The notes under the pieces: model-generated | What the model was told of the DNA's origin: nothing | Database searches by the model: none | What the model saw: the letters and a program-made list of their open reading frames with translations, nothing else | Program-made: the position numbers and the translations under genes | Shown: positions 31,501 through 36,598 of the stretch, one piece after another | How the letters are laid out: each line of letters starts with the position of its first letter | Numbering within the stretch: the stretch's first letter is position 1 | IMG/VR virus record: IMGVR_UViG_3300042460_000724 | Span: 32,001-96,000 of that record | Origin: a virus | Direction: 5' to 3' (one strand) | DNA: 64,000 nucleotides

Positions 31501-34500
31501 TAGTATCTACTACACTGTTAATACCTAATTCACCGACTGTATTACCGCCCCATGCGTATAAATACCCATTACCATTAGTGTAGTCCTGTATTATTCCCAT
31601 GCGTCCAGCAACCATAGTCCAACTACTTGAACCAATTTGTACTGGACTAGATTTATTTACAATTGAGTTGTCACCTAATCCACCATACGTATTATTACCC
31701 CAAGTAAATAAGGCTCCATCACTTCTTATTGCAGAAACAACGTATGCATTTCCAATATCACCAGATTGTCCTGCACTAACCATAATCCAGCTACTTGTAC
31801 CAACCTGTACTGGACTACTGCGATGTACTGTGTCATTAAGGCCCAATTGTCCTTGGCTATTAAGTCCCCATGACCACAAATAATTATTAGTGTCAATACT
31901 AAAAGCATTACCGAAGCCTGCCGCTAGTTGTTTCCAACTACCGGTACCTATTTGTACTGGACTACTTCTATTAATACCATCATTCTCTCCTAACTCCCCT
32001 ACGGTATTTTTACCCCATGACCACAATGTTCCATCTAATCGTATACCATAGGACGATGAATCCAATCCTGACACCGCTGAGGTCCAAAGTAAATTACCAA
32101 TCTGTACTGGACTACTACGAGCTACAACAGTATTATCTCCTATTTGTCCTGAATTATTGAAACCCCAAGCCCATAACGTACCATCAATACGTATAGCGAT
32201 GGGAGTTAGTCTTCCAGCAGAAACCATATTCCAGCTACTTGTACCAACCTGTACAGGACTACTTCTGAGAAGACCACTAACGTTTGCACCTAATGCACCT
32301 AATGAATTATCAGTTCCCCATGACCAAAGTGATTTGTCACTACTACGTATAGCAAATAAAAATCCTTGTCCAGCACTAACCATAGTCCAACTACTAGTAC
32401 CAATCTGCACAGGGCTACTACGATGTATTTGATTATTTGTACCTAATTGACCGTATGTATTACTACCCCAAGACCATAAACTACCATCACTTCTTATGCC
32501 TGCCGCAGTTTGTGTGCCATCTACTGGCATACTAGATCCTGATAGATATGTCCAACTTAATAAATCTTTACCTAACTGTATTGGTTGGGATCTATTTATA
32601 ACATTATTTTGTCCTAATTGACCACTAGTCCCTAGACCCCAAAGCCAAAGTGTATTATCATTACGTATACCAGCGACATGGTTTGAGTTAAAACTTCCTT
32701 CACCTATACTTGTCCAAGAATCATTCATAGAGCGAATGAATACAGGTGTAGACATAGTTACCATGTTACCGTCACCTATTTGGCCGTCAGTACCAATACC
32801 CCAAGTATATAATTGACCGGCTGAAGTAATACCCATACCGCCTGATGACCCAGCCGGTACTATAGTCCAACTACTAGTAGTAACTTGTAATGGTAATGAT
32901 TGGTTACCTGGGTTGCCACCTAACGCACCAAATCCATTATATCCCCATCTAAATAACAAACCATCACTACGCACAGCTCCATATTCATCTGTACCTGAAC
33001 TTACATAAGTCCATGAATCAAATATACCTGCACGAATAAATACTGGGCTAGAACGTTGCAATATAGTATTATCACCTACACCACCTTGTGTGTTGCCTGC
33101 CCAAGTAAACAACACACCGTTACTATCTATTGCAGTAGCTCCATTAACAAAAGTCCAACTACTACTACCTATTAGTACTGGGCTGTTTTTATTAGCAGTT
33201 GTATTATCACCCAATTCGCCGTTAGTATTTAAACCCCAAGCAAACAATGCACCATCATTACGTATTCCATACATAGTAGATGTCCAACTGTTGACATAAT
33301 TCCATGTATTAGTTCCAACTTGTACGGGACTGCTACGATGCACTGAACTGGCTGCCCCTAATTGACCAGACCCATTAGCCCCCCAAGTAAACAATGCACC
33401 ATTACTACTTATAGCACCAGTGAATGACCCGCCTAACGCAACCATAGTCCAACTACTTGTGCCTAGTTGAACTGGGCTACTACGAGCTACTGCATCATTA
33501 AATCCTAACTGCCCCAGTGTATTATCACCCCATATAAATAAAGCACCGTCTGTTCGTATGGCAGCTAAATTTGTACCAAAATTAGTGCCGCTTGCTACCA
33601 TAGTCCAACTACTACTACCAACTTGTACCGGACTACTTCGATTTACTGCGTCATTTAGTCCTAATTGGCCTACTGTATTAGCTCCCCAAGCCCATAAACC
33701 ACCGCCACTTTTAATAGCGGCCATCGGTCCTATGGATGATCCGGATGCTAGTTTTATCCAATCAGTATCAGTACCGACCTGTACCGGGCTACTGCGATGT
33801 ATTTGATTATTTTGTCCTAATGAACCTTCATCATTACGACCCCATGTCCATAATGTTCCATCTATTTTGATTGCGGCTGCATATGATGTGCCTCCAGCAA
33901 TTGCAGCCCAACTACTTGTACCGATTTGCACAGGGCTACTACGATGTACTAAATCATTTAGACCTAATTGTCCTATAGTATTTTGTCCCCATGAAAATAA
34001 CAATCCATCACTACGTAATGCCAATCTAGTATTACTACCTGTAGTAAATGTCAAATTGGCTACAGTAGTCCAACTAAGCGGTGTTACTCCTATGGTAGTT
34101 AAATATGTTTGTTGTTGTGCTGATGTTCTAATTGAAGTTATTTGTACTGGACTACTTTTGTTTATCCCCAGTCCTTCACCAAGATAGGTACCTGTGCCCC
34201 AAGAATACAACGCACCATCTGTAGTTATTCCCATTGTGACACTTGTTCCACTAGTGACCATAGTCCAACTACTTGTACCAATTTGTATTGGGCTAGATTT
34301 TGCAACTAATGTGGTGTCACCCAATTGACCATTAGTATTAACACCCCACGTAAATAAGTTACCTGTAGTAGTTATGGCGGCGGTCATGCCAGAACCAGCA
34401 CTGACCATAGTCCAACTACTTGTGCCTAGTTGAACTGGACTACTGCGATGTACACCAACGTCATTGAGACCTAATTGTCCATTAGTGTTATTTCCCCAAA

Positions 34501-35659
34501 CCCATAATGCACCGTTTGTGTCTATGGCAGCAACGTTATCCTGACTAACCGCACCGTTAGTTATTACTTTACTCCAAATAGTAGCGGTACCAACTTGTAC
34601 TGGACTACTTCTATTAATAATGTTATTTGATCCCAACTGCCCGGCTGCATTATACCCCCATGACCACAAAGTATTGTCTGCTCGTATTGCAAGTGTAGCA
34701 AATCCGTTAGCAGATACGCTAGACCAACTGCTAGTACCAACTTGTACTGGGCTACTACGTCTAACAATATCATTTAATCCCAAATTACCATAAGTATTAA
34801 GTCCCCAAGCAAATAATGCACCATCATTTCTTATAGCAAACATTGACCATGCGGCACCATACGATACTGCTGTCCAACTAAGTTGTGTAGTAGCTATACT
34901 AGATACATATGACTGTTGGATTTGAACTGAAGTTAATGAACCAGTTAAGGTAGGGCTTGAAAGATTATTTGTATTATTATTACCTCCTTGCCCTTGACCA
35001 GCACTACCCCATACCCACAGTGTACTATCAGAACGTAGTGCTGTGCGTGTTGTTCCGCCACTTCCGCCTAATGCAGACCAAGTACTTGTACCAATTTGTA
35101 CTGGACTACTGCGATGTACTGTGTCATTAAGGCCCAATTGTCCTTGGCTATTAATACCACCGATAGCCCACATTGTACCATCAGATTCTATACCTATAGT
35201 ATTTCCGGCCAGTACTTGAGTCCAACTGTTTGCCGCCCAAGATGATAACATACTATTATTACCAAGTTGACCGTTAAACCCTAATCCCCAAGCAAACATT
35301 AATCCATCATTATTAATAGCATAAGAAGTATCACCGTTAGTACTAACCGCACTCCAATTATTAACACCTATCTGTACTGGGCTACTACGATGTGCTAATG
35401 TAAGATCATTATTGCCTAATTGACCATATGTATTGGCGCCCCATCCAAATAGTTTACCGTCACTACGAATACCTATAGTATGACTTAATCCACTTGCAAC
35501 TTGGCTCCATGATTGTGTACCGATTAATACTGGACTAGATTTAAAAACTGTATTTTCTGTTCCGAGTTGACCCCAAGTGTTGTCACCGAACATATATAAT
35601 GATTCAATATCACCGCCGGTTGATGGTTGGACTGTTAATAACCATTTTTCTAATAACAT
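22505..35659 (-). CDS. Giant RCC1/BLIP-II repeat protein, 84 blades in 12 nested 7-blade propellers; probable virion appendage
   Basis: ~50-aa repeat W..VSAG...AIRSDG.LF.WG.N..GQLG......SSPVQIGTSS, counted by hand; follows fibre chaperone gene. Confidence 0.9.
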   Translation of the reverse strand: MLLEKWLLTVQPSTGGDIESLYMFGDNTWGQLGTENTVFKSSPVLIGTQSWSQVASGLSHTIGIRSDGKLFGWGANTYGQLGNNDLTLAHRSSPVQIGVNNWSAVSTNGDTSYAINNDGLMFAWGLGFNGQLGNNSMLSSWAANSWTQVLAGNTIGIESDGTMWAIGGINSQGQLGLNDTVHRSSPVQIGTSTWSALGGSGGTTRTALRSDSTLWVWGSAGQGQGGNNNTNNLSSPTLTGSLTSVQIQQSYVSSIATTQLSWTAVSYGAAWSMFAIRNDGALFAWGLNTYGNLGLNDIVRRSSPVQVGTSSWSSVSANGFATLAIRADNTLWSWGYNAAGQLGSNNIINRSSPVQVGTATIWSKVITNGAVSQDNVAAIDTNGALWVWGNNTNGQLGLNDVGVHRSSPVQLGTSSWTMVSAGSGMTAAITTTGNLFTWGVNTNGQLGDTTLVAKSSPIQIGTSSWTMVTSGTSVTMGITTDGALYSWGTGTYLGEGLGINKSSPVQITSIRTSAQQQTYLTTIGVTPLSWTTVANLTFTTGSNTRLALRSDGLLFSWGQNTIGQLGLNDLVHRSSPVQIGTSSWAAIAGGTSYAAAIKIDGTLWTWGRNDEGSLGQNNQIHRSSPVQVGTDTDWIKLASGSSIGPMAAIKSGGGLWAWGANTVGQLGLNDAVNRSSPVQVGSSSWTMVASGTNFGTNLAAIRTDGALFIWGDNTLGQLGFNDAVARSSPVQLGTSSWTMVALGGSFTGAISSNGALFTWGANGSGQLGAASSVHRSSPVQVGTNTWNYVNSWTSTMYGIRNDGALFAWGLNTNGELGDNTTANKNSPVLIGSSSWTFVNGATAIDSNGVLFTWAGNTQGGVGDNTILQRSSPVFIRAGIFDSWTYVSSGTDEYGAVRSDGLLFRWGYNGFGALGGNPGNQSLPLQVTTSSWTIVPAGSSGGMGITSAGQLYTWGIGTDGQIGDGNMVTMSTPVFIRSMNDSWTSIGEGSFNSNHVAGIRNDNTLWLWGLGTSGQLGQNNVINRSQPIQLGKDLLSWTYLSGSSMPVDGTQTAAGIRSDGSLWSWGSNTYGQLGTNNQIHRSSPVQIGTSSWTMVSAGQGFLFAIRSSDKSLWSWGTDNSLGALGANVSGLLRSSPVQVGTSSWNMVSAGRLTPIAIRIDGTLWAWGFNNSGQIGDNTVVARSSPVQIGNLLWTSAVSGLDSSSYGIRLDGTLWSWGKNTVGELGENDGINRSSPVQIGTGSWKQLAAGFGNAFSIDTNNYLWSWGLNSQGQLGLNDTVHRSSPVQVGTSSWIMVSAGQSGDIGNAYVVSAIRSDGALFTWGNNTYGGLGDNSIVNKSSPVQIGSSSWTMVAGRMGIIQDYTNGNGYLYAWGGNTVGELGINSVVDTSSPVQVNATINTWYQVAQGDTFTAAIRNDKTLWSWGNNDVGQLGDNTVILKSSPVQVGTSSWTMISTGSTHTLALTMDNVLYGWGNNDNGQLGTGNAPGTILLPVIISSLITLADEIAWSTSTGKPRTLSWTTVTAGASTSFAIRSDSKLFAWGTNSIGQLGLNDILHRSSPVQIGTSNWSGIAAGISHTYAIRSDGLLFVWGGNFNGQLGLNDLVHRSSPVQLGTSSWSVVPSNSTTNATSTFAITLDGKLYGWGVNGSGNLGVNDIIARSSPVQVGTGNSWTLVTANGNSTFAIRTDSKLFAWGLNTAGELGIGDSISRSSPVQLGTSNWNIVATQASGTTAGIMANNTLYTWGSGSGGALGDRTVVARNSPVQIVSFSSPAEQQAYLTKTSKTGYSWSTVVNTNNTMFAIRNDGLLFAWGNNINGALGLNDIVHRSSPVQVGTNSWLTVSAGASFTAAIRSDNTLWTWGVNTAGTVGDGTQAHRSSPVQVGTSSWTAVATGPFNTTGGTVLAVRSDGTLWSWGANDVGQLGLNTVVARSSPVQIGTENTWSKVYSANNRSNAIRTTGALYAWGVNTFGQLGDGTALNRSSPVQIGSSSWTAVASGLSWTVAILSDGSLFTWGAGTSGVLGTPDSTQHRSSPVQIGTSSWSVVTAGGTVTAGISGNLLYMWGSGANAQFGNNSLVNTYFSPTLTTGTSSWTTVNAGSAIVALDANGQMFTWGTTAGGDGVIGNGVVAGRSSPVFIRSVADSWTAIGTVVAGLSGIRSDGLLFAWGNNTAGSLGDGTTVAKSFPVQIGANSWTMVTGYTNILGITAADTGNALFTWGLGTSGELGILGITSRSSPVFIRSMNDSWISVGAGQSLSSAIRSDGKLFTWGINTTFGQLGDNSTTSKSYPTQIGNNSDWASVSAAGSGITNAITTTGIAYIWGNNTNGALGLAFNPTTISGSWLEHRSSPVQVGATPYSNSPTQIGASSWSQVSAGISHVLAISSTNKLFAWGNNSSYQVNNEGLHRSSPVQLGTSSWSQISAGNVHSLAIASDNTLYGWGLQYQQWPYNPTLSPTNFILPVNSPTSWSILTGQNLRFTGIRSDGSLWTWGANESGQLGLSDIFHRSSPVQVGSSSWIQVNSETSWTTAIRSDGTLWAWGNNTDGYLGLNDLVHRSSPVQIGTDTTWSKVGGLGAIRNDGSLWTWGLGTSGQLGDSTILSRSSPVQIGTSSWTLINSKAATTMAGIRSDGLLFTWGINGIGGLGLNDTVNKSSPTQVGSIYSLAQQNSYLTATGTTTFSWSVISSGGVNGMTAAIRNDGALFTWGTNNNGGVGDNTIIHRSSPVQIGTSSWTQVAVGDFSTYAIRNDGALFVWGLNTSGQLGTTDVLPRSSPVQIGTSSWTSVAAGISTVTAIRLGGALFAWGINASGQLGLGDLVARSSPVQVGTSSWTQVSTNGAITAALRSDGGLFTWGINTNGQLGDNTVVSKSSPVKLGAGSWSQIAVGYSHMVGLLNNNTLWSWGINTNGGLGLTNVLPRSSPVQIGTSSWTSVNAGNQYSVAIRSDNTLWGWGLNTNGQLGDSTAISRSSPVQIGTSTWYKVSGLYINTAAIDNTSRQLFVWGQNAVGAIGNNTVTQSTSPVFIRTANESWSQVSMNVNTAAAIRSDSLLFVWGQNANGQLGLGDLVHRSSATQLGTSSWSQITVGQSHMVGLTSTKLLYTWGGNGSGELGINSVVATSSPTLVSLSSWSIIGTGSTNSYGVLDGNLLFYGWGSGASYGAIGDNTVVSKSSPVQIASYQPMPTQITGDTWSKISAGYSHNVGIKTNNKLYGWGNPAANTFTAYSWTALSSSAGHFAGIRSDGALFTWGNNAVGNLGDDTILHRSSPVQIGTSSWTTVSAGGITAGTDFTTLALTADNVLYGWGAGASGQLGQLFVANKSSPVQISSFTNNTLQSTYLTATGKTGFSWTKINAGGSIGSSAAIRSDGALFTWGINSFGQLGQNSTVNTNSPIQLGTTSWSQISIGNNAMYAIRNDNTLWSWGLNTIGQLGQNDLVHRSSPVQVGTSSWTIVSGSVATGTLVSTLACVGAIRSDGALFTWGNNNAGQLGDGTILHRSSPVQVGTSSWTKVSAGDVSVYAIRLDGALFSWGDNTSGQLGSTTIVPRSSPVQIGTSSWSSVSAGLSYAMAIRTNSTLWSWGINANGQLGDNTILPRSSPVQIGTSSWSVISTGFATTTALRLDNTLWSWGINTNGQLGDNTILPRSSPVQIGTSSWSQVSIGTSPGVTMALTYTDNQLFIWGQNNNGQLGLSESLGARSSPVFIRSINESWNAVSSGGTTSYGIRIDNLLFAWGLNASGQIGDTTIISRSAPVQIGASSWAQISAGVTFVGGITSDNRLFTWGINTTGQLGDTTVLSRSSPVQVGTSWNIVSAGQSSTSAINTNNLLYVWGGNASGQLGDRSIANRSSPVQVNSFTSAEIQQTYLTTTSKPAALSWNTISTGLSTSAAIRSDGALFMWGLGTSGQLGLNDTISRSSPVQIGTSSWTAVGLFTTSTVAIRIDGGLFTWGDNASGQLASNNLVHRSSPVQVGTSSWTTVSSSTGLANFMALDATNKLWAWGINTNGELAQNDTVSRSSPVQIGVGTVWTSISKNTSRGAIRSDGALFMWGLGTNGQIGDNAILSRSSPVQIGTNSWSIISAGSVATAAITSDGLLYVWGNNASGQLGTNDVILRSSPVQLGTISWTSVSSGVNYMAGVRSDNLLFTWGLGTSGQLGDSTIISKSSPIQIGTSSWAMVSAGGLFTIGLDQLYGLYTWGTNTNGELGINSVTSALSPIFLPTATDSWTITSTTGASQFAIRSDGYLFTWGNNANGQLGLLDILSRSAPVQLGTSIYTNLNKGGSNINSSMATRNDNKLYVWGLNTSGQLGLNDRISKSSPVQLGTNQAYTPPNMYSVPTQIGTSSWTQVSANFNSTFVIDPNNVLYEWGFNDNRPLIPAITSVGYSAVTVSNGFNHFGFTK
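24729..24967. repeat. 92-nt direct repeat, one mismatch, period 147 nt (one blade)
   Basis: 24729-24820 versus 24876-24967. Confidence 0.85.
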
Positions 35660-35662
35660 ATT

Positions 35663-36172
35663 TTAACCACCAAACATAGGCCAAATAATATTAAAAGGAT
35701 CTGTCTGCGTAGTAATATCTGCTAATGCTTGCATATATGCATCCATTAATGTTAAATCATCTACAGTGGGTTCACCTAATCTAAGTTGTCTATCATATCG
35801 AGTGTATCGCCATTCAAAATCTTTCATCTTTGTATCACGTTCACCTCTTATCAAATTCCATTGATCTCTAGTACGTAGTTCTTGTTGTAGCTGTATATCT
35901 TCAGGCGAGGGTTCGTATATCACTGATTTAGGTAGCTCAATAATATCCATTGTTTCATACGCAACACCATCAGTAAAATACTGTCTAGGATTATCTATTT
36001 TTTGTGTTTCTGGATTATATTCAGGGTATGCTTTTACTAATGTATACCAACCAAATGATAAACGTTCTTCTTCTGTAAGTGCATAAAAATTACTGATATT
36101 TTTCCAATTATTTGGAATAAGGTCGTATACACCTTCTATATTACCGTCAACAATATGAGCATAATTAGCCAT
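35663..36172 (-). CDS. Tail fibre assembly chaperone
   Basis: 'QWNLIRGERD...YMQALADITTQTDPFNIIWP'; ATG 36172 coupled to upstream stop. Confidence 0.75.
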   Translation of the reverse strand: MANYAHIVDGNIEGVYDLIPNNWKNISNFYALTEEERLSFGWYTLVKAYPEYNPETQKIDNPRQYFTDGVAYETMDIIELPKSVIYEPSPEDIQLQQELRTRDQWNLIRGERDTKMKDFEWRYTRYDRQLRLGEPTVDDLTLMDAYMQALADITTQTDPFNIIWPMFGG

Positions 36173-36564
36173 TATAAATTTTGTCCTGAAACAAATGCCT
36201 GCCAATTTATACCACCATCAGTAGTAAAAAAGGTGAATACATCTTCTTTGTTATTACTTGATGTTAATGTAGGAGCAGTTCCTCCTGGCCAGTGAAAGCT
36301 AGCAGGCCAAGTAACTGAACGAGCAGTACCATCAGCAGTGAAAACTAGTACAAATGAACTTGCTCTACCTGCTGATTGTATGTTAGAGAATGTGATAGAT
36401 GTGATGTTAGAATTTAAAGCGACATTGAATACAGTAGCGATATTTAAATTTAGTGTTAAAACGCCGGCACTAATAGTAGCAGTCGCACTAACTTCTGCTG
36501 AATTGTTTGGTAAAAATACCTTATTGTCGTCAATTACGGTCGACCCGATTACTTTAATTGCCAT
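36172..36564 (-). CDS. Small fibre/adaptor protein
   Basis: All-beta 130 aa, 'VTWPASFHWPGGTAPTLT...DVFTFFTTDGG..W' phage fibre domain. Confidence 0.6.
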   Translation of the reverse strand: MAIKVIGSTVIDDNKVFLPNNSAEVSATATISAGVLTLNLNIATVFNVALNSNITSITFSNIQSAGRASSFVLVFTADGTARSVTWPASFHWPGGTAPTLTSSNNKEDVFTFFTTDGGINWQAFVSGQNL

Positions 36565-36591
36565 CTTCGCTCCTTTGAACTCGGCTACTAC

Positions 36592-36598
36592 TATTTAT
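36592..36598 (-). promoter_or_regulatory. Late promoter-like ATAAATA heading adaptor-chaperone-RCC1 operon
   Basis: GATAAATAG then AAGGAG RBS. Confidence 0.6.

Noticed and set aside
22505-35659. Regularly spaced DNA repeats resembling a CRISPR array
   Set aside because: Degenerate at third codon positions, in-frame ~150-nt period inside one ORF, no cas genes.
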